64,000 bases of DNA, taken from Mobula hypostoma. Its lineage: Eukaryota. Below the pieces are notes generated by a model. It was not told the DNA's origin and ran no database searches. It saw only the letters and a program-made list of their open reading frames with translations. The stretch covers positions 92,630,001-92,694,000 of the forward strand of contig NC_086107.1 in NCBI RefSeq assembly GCF_963921235.1. The letters run 5' to 3'. This document shows positions 36,011 through 49,530 of this stretch, piece after piece. Within the stretch, counting starts at the first letter, position 1. The number at the start of each line of letters is the position of its first letter. A program made the position numbers and the translations under genes.

Positions 36011-37879
36011 TAGGGTGTACCTGGTCATTGCAAGCACTGACAGAGAGGAAGGAAAGGAAGAGGAGAAAGAGGAAAGGAAGGAGTGCTAGTCAGTAACTGA
36101 TTCCCTCTGTCACACAATGCCTACCAGTCCCAATAAAGCAGGTCTTTAATCTCGCATGACAAGATGGCTCTCCTGACACCACTCTGCTTAATACATCCAG
36201 CAGCGGTCAGGTTACGAAGATTGTTTGCCTTTTCAATTCACTGTGACTCCTGCTTAGCCTCGAATGCGTAGGCAGACAGAGGAAGAGTCCTCTGAGCCAC
36301 TTTAGAGAGCATCAAATCTAAACTGCTGTCAGCAAACAGTGTGTATCCCTGGGCACACACTGCCTGCCCTGTAGTTTTCCGTCCAATCTTTCAGCTGCGT
36401 TGGGAACAGCTTGAGCTGAGAATGTGACTCGCTTCATCACCATCTGTTTTGCTGAAGGGGGTCGTAATTATAGCATCAGAATGAGGCCATTCAGCCCACA
36501 CTGCCTGAACTAGCTCTTAGGAGGCACTGAACAATTTTTTTTGTCACTGCTCCTTCCCTTTGCCTTATTTGGATGGATGTTTCCCAGTCAAGTATTTGTC
36601 CAACCCCAATCTAAAGATGAAAGGTGGGCTCTATTTGTCACTTGTACATCGAGACATGTGGTGAAGTGTGTTGCTCGCAGTATTCCTTGATAGTTGTTAG
36701 GGTCCAACCATTCACCAAGACTAGACTAGTGTTATTTGTCACAGGGATGTCAAGATGTCGAAACATACAGTGAAATGACCAATACAGTCCGAGGATATGC
36801 TTGGGGCAGCCCGCAAGTGTCACCATACATCACCACCAACATAGCATACCCACAACTTACTAATCCTGACCCATGTCTCTTTCTGGAGGTATGTGGAGAA
36901 CTCGGAGGAAACTCATGCAATCGTGGCAATAATGTACAAACTCCTTACAGAAATCAGTGGGAATTGAACTCTGACCTTCTGATCGAAGGGGCGATAACGT
37001 GTAGCAATGACCCCTACGCCACCCCGCCACCTATACATATTGACCTTTGAACTTGCTGGCACAGGCACATTCTGGACCATGTTGAGCTGCCTCAGAAATT
37101 GGGGATGACCTTCTTCCACTCTGGATTTGTGTGTTCCAAATCTCAGCTGGGGTTATTGTATGACCCACAGACTCGTCCACACGGATGGGGCAGACAGAGG
37201 TCGCAGGCAGGGGTGTTTTAGAGATGGCTTACCTCTTCTCCTACTTGCTCAGGGTCACCGTGTGATCTCGGCAAGTAGCCTCAAGGTTCCCAACACCATC
37301 CTGAACGCTCCTCCACTTGGAGTGGTCATGCACTAGTGGTTCCCAGGAGATAGTGTGGAGATTGTCTTTCTTCCAGACTTCCTTGAGAATAATGAAATAG
37401 GAACAGGATAAGCCATTTGGTCCTGCAATCCTGTCTTACCACAATCTACACTGGATTCACCTCCCTTTTTGTGTCTGTCCGCCATCGATCTTTCAGATAT
37501 CGATCTGCTCCACCTTAAATTTATCCATGTTAAATTATTAAGGGTATAGGTAAGGTAAATGAAAGCAGGATTTTCCAACTGAGGTTGGGTGAGACTAGAA
37601 CCATAGGTCAAAGGTTAAGTGTGAAAGTTGAAATATATAAGGGGAATCTGACGGGAAACCTCTGCACTGACAGAGTAGTGAGAGTGTGGACCAAGCTTCC
37701 AGTGGAAGTGGGGAATGTGGGCTGGTTTGCAACACTTAAGAAAAGCTTGGATAAGTAGATGGAGGGGAGGGGTATGGAGGGCTGAGATCCAGATGTGGGT
37801 CAACTGGACTAGGCAGAATAACAGTTCAGCATGGACTAGATGGGCCGAAGGGTCTGTTTCTGTGCTGCAATGTTCTATG

Positions 37880-38259
37880 TTGGGTGGTGGGGTGGAGATA
37901 CGTCTCTACCAAAGGAGGCATAAGGTGCTTCCTCCCTCCACTAGCCTGCAGGTTGCCCTTGGGCAAGGTGTAGCACCTGCTTCATCCCCCGATCAGGGTC
38001 ATGTGAAGCCATGTGAGCAGATGGTGGATGGTCGAATGAACAGCCAGTGCATATCACAATTACTGGTTATGCGAACACTGACACCAGGTAGACAACCTCT
38101 GAAGAGTATTGACAATAGCTGGGGGCGAGGGGGTCACCTATCTTGTAAAGACACTGCCCAGAAGAAGGCAATGGCAAATCATTTCTCTAGGGAAATTTGC
38201 CAAGAAGAATCATGGCCATGGAAAAACCATGATTGCCTATGTCACACGAAGCGAACAAG
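37880..38259 (+). mobile_element. Short RTE-related non-autonomous retroposon inserted in a CR1 tail
   Basis: TSD tgttctatg (37871-37879) / tgttccatg (38260-38268); gaagaaggcaatggcaaa resembles the RTE/Bov-A motif. Confidence 0.6.
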
Positions 38260-40354
38260 TGTTCCATGACTATCACTCTACATTATGATCAGATTTCCTT
38301 TTGGATGGAAAATTCCAAAAATTCACCAGTCTCTAAAAGAAGGGATTTTCAAACTATCTCCTTTTGTTCATGTTTCTCTAGTGAAAATATCTCAACATCT
38401 GAAAATCCCCTCAATCTTCTAAACACTGAGAAATACAGCCCCAAACTTCCTCTTCTTCAGCATACCCTCAAATGTTTGCCTTTGTAACGCCTGCAACCAT
38501 TTCCCCCAGCAGAACTCAGCACAAAGCATCCCTGAGAAAACTATACAAACATTCCACTTTCCATTTTACAGCTACGTTTCAAAGTCAAGTTTCTTGTCAT
38601 AGACGCAAGTCCATATTTGACTAGGTGCAATGAAAAACTTACTTGCAGCAGCCTCACAGGGAAAGTGCAACAGATAAGGAGCATTCACACAAAAAGCATA
38701 AACTAAACACAGTTTTTACATTTTTAGAACAAAAATGTCCATTTTGGTGCAAACAGATCATAGTTTTCATCAGGTTGCTATACAGAGAAATGAGTTGTGT
38801 TACTCAGGTTGGTTCAGGAACTGAAGAGTTAAAGGGAAGTAGCTGTTCTTGAATCTAGTGTTGTGGGTCTTCAGGCTCTGCACCTCCTTCCCGACGGGAG
38901 CTGCAAATGGAGGATTTTCCCGGGGTCAATCTCCCAATAACTGAAAGTCAGAAATGACTCTGTAATAGTTTACTGATCGACGGATCTAGCAAATGCCCCT
39001 CACCTCCTCAGTGGATCTCCCCTGCCGTCTCCTCAAAATTCCTGGGCACCGCTCGACTAATAAGAGGAGTTTTGCACGGTGCCTTTCTCACCCAGAGGAT
39101 GTCGAGTTGCTGGAATACACCGTTCGAAGCAGTAATTTAAAAAAGTGTGTAGACAGGCCTTTGAATCTCCCAGGCTTGGCTGGCAGAGTAGCATTATGTT
39201 GAGCATAACACTATTAGAGTTCCAGTGACATGGGTTCAATTCTGCCATTGTCTGAAAGGAGTTCCATCTTGACTGCAGGAGTTTCCTCCAGGTGCTCCAA
39301 TTTCCTCCCACATTCTAGCGACATACAGGTTAGTAGGTTAATTGGTCACATGGGTGTAATTGGGCAGCGTGGGCTCATTGGGCCTATATATCTAAATCTC
39401 TTAATGGGCCAAGAGCTGGGAAATAGAACTAATGCCAATGGGCGTCCATGAGTGAGCACGCATCTGATGGGCTGAATGGCCTGCTTCCGTGCTGTGTTGC
39501 TTGATGACTATAGCCTCTACCAGTTAACATTTCCAGTGACAAAAATACTGTGCTAACCTGAGGGTCCAGACGAGGTTTACAAAAATGATCTCAGGAATAA
39601 AATGGTTAACGTACGCAGAGGCCTGTACTCACTGGAGTTTAGAAGAATGAGGTGAGATCTCTTGAGACCCATCGAATGTTAAAAGGAGCATGAGAAATTC
39701 TGCAGGTACTGGAAATCCAAAGCAACACACACAAAATGCTGGAGGAAATTGGCAGGTCAGGCAGCATCTATGGAGATGAATAAACAGTCGACTGGAAAGG
39801 CCATATTGAAGTGAGTGGATAGAGTAGACATGGAGAGGATATTTCCAGTAGAGGGAGAGTCTAGGACCAAAGGGCACAGTTTCAGAGTAGAAGAATGTCA
39901 CATTAGGACAGAGATGAAGAGGAATTTCTTTTAGCCAAAGGGTGGTGATCTATGGAATTCATTACCACAGATGGCTGTGGAAGCCAAGTCATTGGGTATA
40001 TCTAAAGTAGAAGTTGGTAGGTTCTTGATTAATTAGGATGTCAAAGGTTACAGGGAGAAGGCAGGAGAATGGGGTTGAGAGAGATAATAAATCAGCCACG
40101 ATGGAGTGGTGGAGCAGACTTAATGGGCCAAATGGGATATCCTTATATTCTGAGGCTGTGTCCTCTGGTCCTAGACTCTCCCACTGTTGGAAACATCATC
40201 TACATGTCCACTCTATACAGGCCTTTTAGATAGAAAGCGAAGTGCAAGGTCCACGATGAGACTGTCTGGCAGACCCAAAGTTTATATTTGTGGTGTAAAA
40301 GACCCATGATCCCATGATCTCTGTTACCAATACAAAAATTGACTAAGACTTTCT

Positions 40355-40990
40355 GATTCCTCTCCTCCTTCCCTTTCTTCCATGGTTCATTTTCCTCTCC
40401 TATCAGATTCCTCCTTCTTCAGTCTTTTATCTTTTCCTCCTATCACCTCCCAGCTTCCCACTTCATCCTCCCCCACCCACTCACTTTCCCCATCGTCTGG
40501 TCTCACCTATCCCCTGCCAGCTTGTACTCCTTCCCCTCCTGCCACCTTCTTATTCCGGCTTCTTTCCGTTTCCTTCTCAATCCTGATGAAGGGTCTAGGC
40601 CTGAAATGTTGACCATTTATTCCTCTTACCACTTCTCTTCTCCTCACCTGCCCATCACTTCCCTCTAGAGCTCCTCCTCCTTCCCTTTCTCCCATGGTGC
40701 CCTCTCCTCTCCTATCGGATTCCTTCTTCTTCAGCCTTTTCCACCTATCACCTCCCAGCTTCTTACTTCATCTGCCCTTCCCCCTCACCTGGTCTCACCT
40801 ATCACCTACCACCTTGTACTCCTTCTCATCTCTCACCTTCATATTCTGGTTCCCCCCCTTCTGTCCAATCCTGATGAAGGGTCTCAGCTCAAATCATCAA
40901 TTATGTATTGTCCTCCATCGATGACGCCTGACCGCATGAGATCCTCCAGGATTTTGCGTGTGTTCCCGCTGCAGAATCAATTTTGTTTAA
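40355..40990 (+). mobile_element. Tandem pair of PLE 3' terminal repeats
   Basis: Two direct copies, each with CTGATGA-agggtct (40583 and 40871). Confidence 0.82.
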
Positions 40991-41209
40991 CATCCACCCT
41001 ATTAAGTCCTGTACAAGTTCTTTAAGTTTCAGTCAGATCACTTCTAATTCTTCTGATCTCCAGGAACTGCAGGTCCATTCTACCCAGACCCTCCTGGTGG
41101 TAAGCCCAGCACCAGGAACCAGGCAGGTGGACTGCGCTCTCTCTGTGGCCACTATATGATTCTTGCTATAAAAACAGACTCTCAGTTAATGTCTACAAAG
41201 CGAAAGAGC

Positions 41210-42255
41210 TGTTTATTGACTGCAGGAGAAGGAACTTTGAGGTCCATGAGCTTGTCCTCATGAGGAGATTGGAGGTGGAAAGGGTTAGTAACTTTAAGTC
41301 CGTTGACATTACCATTTCAGAGAGTCTGTCCTGGGTCTAGCACACAACTGCCATCACAAAGAAGGAAAGATAATGCCTCTACTTTCATAGAAGTTTGCGC
41401 TGATTTGGCATGTCATCTAAAGCTTTGACAAACTTCTATAGCTACACAGTGGAGCGTATCCTGACTGGTTGCATCATGGCCTGGTATGGAACCACCAATG
41501 GCCAGAGCAGAAAATGGACTGGTCACAGCCCAGTCCACAGGCAAATCCCTCCCCACCATTGAACATCTTTACAAGAAGCATTGCCACAAGAAGGCAGCAT
41601 CCATCATCTGCGCCCCGGCCGCCCATCCAAGCCATGCCATCTCCTCACTGCTTGCGTCAGACCAACAGGAGGTACAGGAGCCTTAGGTTCCAGAACAGTT
41701 ATCCTTCTTCAACCATCAGGCTGCTGAACCATCGTAGATAATTCCACTGAATTAACTCATTTTAAAGGACTCCACCATAGTAGTATTTATTTACTTTTTA
41801 TTATTTGCATGTTTTGTCTTCTTTTGCACACTGGTTTATTGAGATACAGCGCGGAATAGGCTCTGCTTGTCCTTCGAACTGCGCTGGTCAGCAACTCCCA
41901 CTTGAACCCTAGCCTGATCCCAGGACAGCTTACAATGACCAACTAACCTTCCAAGCGATATGTCTTTGGACTGTGTGAGAAATCCGGAGTGCCTGGAAGA
42001 AATCCACAGGGAGAATGGGAAAAATGTACAAATTCCTTACCGGTAGCAGCAGGAATTGAACCTGGGTCACTGGCACGGTAAAGGGCTATGCTAACCATTC
42101 CACTACCATGCCGCCCCATCTGTGTTCATGTATAGTTTGTAAATTAATTTCTATTTCTATAGTTTTCTGTAAATCCCTGCAAGAAAATTAGTCTCAAGGT
42201 AGTATATGGTGACATATGCGTATTTTGATAATAAATTTACTTTGAACTTTCAACT
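41210..42255 (+). mobile_element. Rex1/Babar-like LINE 3' part with a nested SINE (41845-42120)
   Basis: GKSLPTIEHLYKKHCHKKAASII; tail aataaatttactttgaacttt. Confidence 0.8.
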
Positions 42256-42334
42256 TCAGATAAGGGGATTATAGGTGAGGAAGCACATTCAGTGTTTGGC
42301 TGCAAAGGTTTAAGGAGCTGACTTATTATCACTT

Positions 42335-42900
42335 TTGGATGTTATGTTGAGTTTGTGTAAGACATTGGTGAGGCCTAATTTGGTATATTGTGTCCAGTTT
42401 TGGTCACCTACCCATAGGAAAGATGTCAATAAGATTGAAAGAGTGCAGAGAAAATTTACAAAGATCTTGCTGGGACATGAGGACCTGAGTTATAGGGAAT
42501 GGTTGAATAGGTTCGGACTTTATTTCCTCGAGCGTAGGAGAATGAGAGGAGATTTGATAGATGTATGCAAGGTTATGAGGGCTGTAGATAGGGTAAGTGC
42601 AAGCAGGCTTTTTCCACTGAGGTTGGGTGAGACCAGAACTAGAGGTCATGGGTTAAGGGTGAAAAGTGGAAACCGAACGCTGAAGGGGAACCCGAGGGGG
42701 AACTTCTTCACTCAGAGGGTGATGAGATTGTCCAGCAAGCTACTAGAGGAACTGGATAGGTACATATAGATGGGAAGGGTGTGGAGGGCTAAGGTCCAGG
42801 TGCAGATCACTGGGACTAGGTGGATTAATACTTTGCGTGGACTAGGTGGCTCAAAGGGCCTGTTTCAGTGCTATATGACTCTATGAGTCTGTGGCTCTAT
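42335..42900 (+). mobile_element. CR1 LINE 3' fragment
   Basis: ORF 42335-42769: LVRPNLVYCVQFWSP...RRRMRGDLI. Confidence 0.88.
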
Positions 42901-43719
42901 CTGTCAAGCCTGCTGCCTCTACCAGCTCTCCTCCACTCCAGCTGCCATCACCACTTGCAATTATAAGACCATAAGACCATAAGACAAAGGAGCAGAAGTT
43001 GGCCATTCGGCCCATCGAGTCTGATCCACCATTTTATCATGAGCTGATCCATTCTCCCATTTAGTCCCACTCCCCTGCCTTCTCACCATAACCCTTGATG
43101 CCCTGGCTACTCAGATACCTATCAATCTCTGCCTTAAATACACCCAATGACTTGGCCTCCACTGCCGCCCGTGGCAACAAATTCCACAGATTCACCACCC
43201 TCTGGCTAAAAACCCTGCTCATACCCCTGCTTCATTATTCTCACCGTCCCTTCCTCCCCAAGGGCACAGAAGGTTCCCTTTCACCAGCAGTTCAAGAAGG
43301 CTGTGTTGGATTCTGATACTTTAGCGATCCAAAGTTTCCAAGAAGTCAAGAATGAAGCATAAAATTTGTTGCTTACGGTCGTTTTATTAAATGTTACAAG
43401 ATCCGTGAATGCTTGCATGAAAATGAACCTCAGGGCAGTATCTGGTGATATAATCATTCTTTGATAATAAATTTACTTTGAACTTTGAACTTTGAAGAGC
43501 AAAGAAGAAGTGCCCAGAGAAACAAAGATAAGAAAACAGACTAAAAAGTAGTCGTCGTCTTTTCATACCAGACAAAAGATGACAGAAATTCCTTTGATAA
43601 CAGTTAACCAATAAAATAGCTGATTCAAGTGATACGACCCTGAAACCAAGACGTTTCTAGAAAAATACAGAGGAAACTGCACCGTAATTACTGGAAAATT
43701 CGCTGAACAATTATACTCA

Positions 43720-44935
43720 CACTCAGTGGCCACTTTATTAGATACTTCCTGTGCCTAATATAGCCAGTGAATGTTTGTTCATGGTCTTCTACTCCTGTAG
43801 CCCATCCACTTCAAGGTTTGACGTGTTGTGCATTCAGGAATACTCTTCTGCACACCACTGTTGTAACGTGTGGTTATTTGAGTTACTGTCACCTTCTTGT
43901 CAGCTTGAACCAATGTGGCCATTCTCCTCTGCCCTCTCTCATTAACAAGAAGTTTTCACCCACACACAGATCTGCTGCTCACTGGATTTTTTTTTTGTTG
44001 TTTTTTCACCATTCTCTGTAAACTCTAGAGTAGGGTTCCCAACCGACTCCTTGTATTGGTCCACGGCATGAAAAAAGAGACTTCTGTTTTGTTTTGCTCA
44101 AGAGACTTCTGTGTGTGAAAATCCCAGGAGATCAGCAATTTCTGAGATATTCAAATCACCCCATCTGGCACCAACAATTATTCCACGGTCAAAGTCACTT
44201 AGATCATACTTCTATAGGTTTGAGGTTGGGAGGCTAAACTGCTTTAAGTTCCTCGCCATCCACATCACCAAAGACCTCGCGTGGTCTGTACATACCGGCA
44301 GTGTGGTGAAAAAGGCACAGGGGCACAACTGAGAGCATCCTGACTGGCTGCATCACTGCCTGGTATGGAAACTGTACCTCCCTTAATTGCAGGATTCTGC
44401 AGAGAATGGTGCGGACAGCCCAGCGCATCTGTCGTTGTGAACTTCCCATGATTCCGGAGGTTTACAAAGACAGGTATGTAAAAAGGGCCCAAAGGATCAC
44501 TGGGGACCCAAGTCACCCCAACCACAAACTGTTCCAGCTGCTCCCATCCGGGAAACGGTACCACACCATAAAAGCCAGGACCAACAGGCTCTGGGACAGC
44601 TTCTTCCACCAGGCCATCAGACTGATTAACTCACGCTGATTTGAGTGTATTTCTATGTTACATTGACTGTTCTATTTATTATAAATTATTATAAATTACT
44701 ATGATTTAGACGGAGATGTAACTTAAAGATTTTTACTCCTGTAAGAAATAAAGTCAATTCAATTCAGTTCAATTCAATTCTACCCTATTCTGATATTTGG
44801 TCTGAACAACAACTGAACCTCTTGACCATGTCTGCATGCTTTTATGCATTAAGTTGCTGCTACATGATTGGCTGATTAGATAGATGCATTAATGAGCAAG
44901 TGTACAGGTGTACCTAATAAAGTGGCCACTGAGAG
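43720..44935 (-). mobile_element. Tc1-like element with both TIRs, carrying a nested LINE and a hAT fragment
   Basis: TIRs cactcagtggccactttattag / ctaataaagtggccactgagag; same body as 14216-14753. Confidence 0.9.
44215..44780 (+). mobile_element. Young Rex1/Babar-like LINE 3' end with (AATTC)n tail
   Basis: VRTAQRICRCELP...DPSHPNHKLFQLLPSGKRY; ttcta at both junctions (44210-44214, 44778-44782); near-identical to 34593-34882. Confidence 0.88.
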
Positions 44936-47715
44936 TGGAAACATGGAAGCAAGCATGGGAATGTTAATACACAAGAAAAATAACATTTCTACAGCTCACC
45001 CCCACCTTCGCGAGGGCAATTGTGTTTGAGCTGTAGCCAGTGCCAGCGGCGTTCCAAGAACAGGATTCCAACGGGAATATTGCAGCCTTGTATTTTCGCC
45101 AAGATTATCAGACCCTGCGTCATTTAGGTACCCGTCCATTAACGTGTGGCGAAATTTGTATGAGTCGAGGAGGCAGTGTGTAAGTGATTACTTTGGCAGG
45201 AAACGCTGCTGAACACTGCTGCACTTCATTTGTAGTGTAGACCCCTGGGCAGATGCTCCAGCCTGCGCTCTCTCTGAAGCCATTAGATAATAGAGTTCAT
45301 CCATCACGTCCCCATTTAAAGGAAGGATTAATTATGTTGAAAGCTAATTGAAATGCCTCTGCATGGTCAATCTCAATGATAAAAGACAGAGACACAATGT
45401 CTAAGCTGAAAGAAGGGCCTAGAACAGGAATCAATGCACAGTGACATGAATATTTCAGAGATAATTGTCCTGTTGGATTATTGAACTCACTGTACAGTGG
45501 AAGCTTACAGTATAGAATTGACTCTGTCGCTGCTGTGGCGCTCTGAGTGGTTAGAACATGGCAGAGAGAGCATTTGTGGTATCTCTCTAGTGCTTGAGGT
45601 GTCATAGTCATGGAGTACCACAGTACAGAAACAGGCCTTTCTGTCCATCTATTCCATGCTGAACTACTACTCTGTCTAGCCCCATTGACCTGCACCTGGA
45701 CCGTAGCTCTCCATACTCCTCCCGTCCATGTATCTATCCACCCTTCTTTTAGCTGTTGTATTCAGAACCACATCCACCTCTTCCATTGGCAGCTTGTCCC
45801 ACACTCACACCAACCTCTGTTTGAAAAAGTTCCCCCTCAGGTTCCCTTTAAATATTTCACCTTTCACCCTAAACCTATGACCTCTAATTCCAGCCTCACA
45901 CAAACTCAATGGAAAAAGCCTGCTTGCATTTACCCGATGTGTTGTATATCACTCTTAAACTACCCTCAATTGCCTCCACTCCAGGGAATGAAGTCCGAAC
46001 CTATACGGTACAATCTTGCCCTATAACTCAGCTTCTTAAATCCCAGCAACATCCTTCTGTCTGCAGTGGGTGGTCCATCACTTGGGAGTGAACGGGAGGG
46101 TGGGGGTGGGGATGGGGGGGTCACAGCCAACAGTAGTGCAGTCTCGCAAGACCCTCCAAATCCACAAATCCACTGCCAGGATGAGGATAATGGATCAGGT
46201 CTCAGATCCAGTGTCATTTTTTTAATATACAGTATTTTGATTTTTGCATGTTTTCTTAATCTATTCAATATATGTAACTGATTACTTGTTTATTGATTAT
46301 TATTATTTTTTATTTTATTTATTTTGTCTGTGCTATATTATGTATTGAACTGCTGCTGCTAAGTTAACAAATTTCACATCAGATGTCTGATTCTGATTCT
46401 GACCCAAGTTCGATACCAATCTCTGTGCATGTATGTGCAATTTGCATAACCAGACTTTCCTGAGGCAGCGGGAAGTATAGACAGACGACAAGATGATGAC
46501 AATGATCATAATGAGGTAGATTGTGCGGTCATGAGTCCCTCTTATTGTATCAGGGATGGGAGCTACCTTTGAGCCTGGTGGAATGTGCCTTCAAACTTGT
46601 ACCTTTCTTGGTTTTTTTGTGCACAGGGAGAGGGATACGGGGGTCAATGTGCCTATTCCGTTTAGTTCACTTTTTTTGGTCTGGGAGGAGGGATTTGGCA
46701 GTTGATGTGCCTATTCCATTTTGTTAAGTTTTTTTGTGCAGAGAAGGGGACTTGGGGCTTGTTGATCATGCTTCCTGTTTTTTTTCTTGGTTTCATGGCT
46801 ACCCAGAGATGAAGAATTTCAGAGTAGTATATTTGAACCTTTGGTGCCCTTACCAGTCAAGAACCTATCAGCCTCTGCTTTAAATATACGCAGTGACTTG
46901 GCCTCCACAGCTGTCTGTGGATATAAATTTTGTGGATTCACCACCCTCTGGTTAAAGAAATTCCTCCACATCTCTGTTCTAAAGGGACGTCCTTCTATTC
47001 TGTTGTGTCCTCTGGTCCGAGACTCCTGCACCTTCTTGGCAGATCTCATGTTGGCAACATCTCTGTGTTCAAGGCCTACTTTTTAAAGAAAGTCTTGAAA
47101 TCATGAATTAGCATTTATATTGTGCCTTCTCCTGGAGCCTTTTGCAGCCAATAATGTATAATCTGGGCACAGCAAACAGCAAGCCCGACTCCTAGTCACT
47201 GAAAACACCCAGCATTTCCTTCCCACCGCAACGCTTTCCCTAAACAGCGTGAGAAAAAGGGATCCTGGTCCATTCCCTCATTCTCCACAGTGCTTTCTGC
47301 TAGGCTGATGTCCCTAGTTATGGTCTCCTGTCAGAGAGAACAGAGAAAGTGTAACGGCCCTTCCCCTTCAGCCAACAATCTTGATCTGAGCCATAACCCT
47401 CAGATCTGTTGTCCGAACTCTTGATCCCACTATCGATGTCTTTGTGGTCTTGATCAACATACTCACAAATTGCTGGAGAAACTCAGCTGATCAGTTATCT
47501 ACGGAGGATAATGAGAAGATTAATGCAAATTATTGCCTACCTGCACTGCACTTTGTCTATAACTGTAACACTCTATTCTGCATTCTGTTATTGTTTTCCC
47601 TTGTACTAGCTCAATGGGCACCTGAAATGAAATGATCTGTAAGGACGGCAGGCATAGTAGAGTTTTCCAGTGTAAACACAAGAGATTCTACAGATGATGG
47701 AAAATCTGGAGCATC

Positions 47716-47782
47716 ATACACACAAACACACACAAACATACACGTATACACGCACACCATACATACACATATACACACATAA

Positions 47783-47827
<45 letters not shown>

Positions 47828-47863
47828 CACACATACACACACACACACACACACACATATATA

Positions 47864-47915
<52 letters not shown>

Positions 47916-47956
47916 CACACATAAACACATACACACACAAATAAACAGATATATAT
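47716..47956. repeat. Compound (CA)n/(TA)n microsatellite, left half
   Basis: About 240 bp of CA/TA; continues at 49407-49530. Confidence 0.95.
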
Positions 47957-49405
47957 AGAACATAGAACATAGAATAGTACAGCACAGTACAGGCCCTTCA
48001 GCCCACAATGTTATGCCGACCCTCAAACCCTGCCTCCCATATAACCCCCCCACCTTAATCTCCTCCATATACCTGCCTAGTTGTCTCTTAAATTTCACTC
48101 ATGTATCTGCCTCCACCACTGACCCAGGCAGTGTATTCCACACACCAACCACTCTCTGAGTAAAAACCTTCCTTTAATATCCCCCTTGAACTTCCCACCC
48201 CTTACCTTAAAGCCATGTCCCCTTGTATTGGGCAGTGGTGCCCTGGGGAAGAGGCGCTGGCTGTCCACTCTATCTATTCCTCTTATTATCTTATATACTT
48301 CTATCATGTCTCCTCTCATCCTCCTTCTCTCCAAAGAGTAAAGTCCTAGCTCCCTTAATCTCTGATCATAATCCATACTCTCTAAACCAGGCAGCATCCT
48401 GGTAAATCTCCTCTGTACCCTTTCCAATGCTTCCACATCCTTCCTATAGTGAGGCGACCAGAACTGGACACAGTACTCAAGTGTGGCCTAACCAGAGTTT
48501 TACAGAGCTGCATCATTACCTCGTGACTCTTAAACTCTATCCCTCAACTTATGAAAGCTAATACCCCATAAGCTTTCTTAACTACCCTATCTACCTGTGA
48601 GGCAACTTTCAGAAATCTTTGGACATATACCCCCAGATCCTTCTGCTCCTCCATACCACCAAGTATCCTGCCATTTACTTTGTACTCTGCCTTGGAGTTT
48701 GTCCTTCCAAAGTGTACCACCTCACACTTCCATGGGTTGAACTCCATCTGCCACTTCTCAGCACACTTCTGCAACCTATCAATGTCTCTCTGCAATCTTT
48801 GACAATCCTCTACACTATCTACAACACCACCAACCTTTGTGTTGTCTGCAAACTTGCCAACCTACCCTTCTACCCCCACATCCAGGTTGTTAATAAAAAT
48901 CACGAAAAGTAGAGGTCCCAGAACCGATCCTTGTGGGACACCACTAGTCACAATCCTCCAATCCAAATGTACTCCCTCCACCATGACTCTCTGCCTTCCG
49001 CAGGCAAACCAATTCTGAATCCACCTGGCCAAACTTCCCTGGATCCCATGCCTTCTGACTTTCTGAATAAGCCTACCATGTGGAACCTTGTCAAATGCCT
49101 TACTAAGATCCATATAGATCACATCCACTGCACTACCCTCATCTATATGCCTGGTCACCTCCTCAAAGAACTCTATCAGGCTTGTTCGACATGATCTGCC
49201 CTTCACAAAGCCATGCTGACTGTCTCTGATCAGACCGTGATTCTCTAAATGCCCATAGATCCTATCTCTAAGAATCTTTTCCAACAACTTTCCCTCCACA
49301 GACGTAAGGCTTACTGGTCTATAATTACCTGGACTATCCCTACTACCTCTTTTGAACAAGGGGACAACAATAGCCTCCCTCCAATCCTCTGATATCATTC
49401 CCATA
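47955..49405 (-). mobile_element. CR1 LINE, young, 5'-truncated
   Basis: [48 protein letters not shown]; (catagaa)n tail at 47955-47974. Confidence 0.95.
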
Positions 49406-49406
49406 G

Positions 49407-49431
49407 ACAACACACACATATATACACATAA

Positions 49432-49463
<32 letters not shown>

Positions 49464-49530
49464 ACATAAACACATACGCATACATATACACACATAAACA
49501 CAAACACACACTTACACATATGAACACATA
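49407..49530. repeat. Compound (CA)n/(TA)n microsatellite, right half
   Basis: Same composition as 47716-47956. Confidence 0.92.

Noticed and set aside
47611..48098. Cys/Val- and His/Thr-rich ORFs
   Set aside because: Translations of CA/TA microsatellite.
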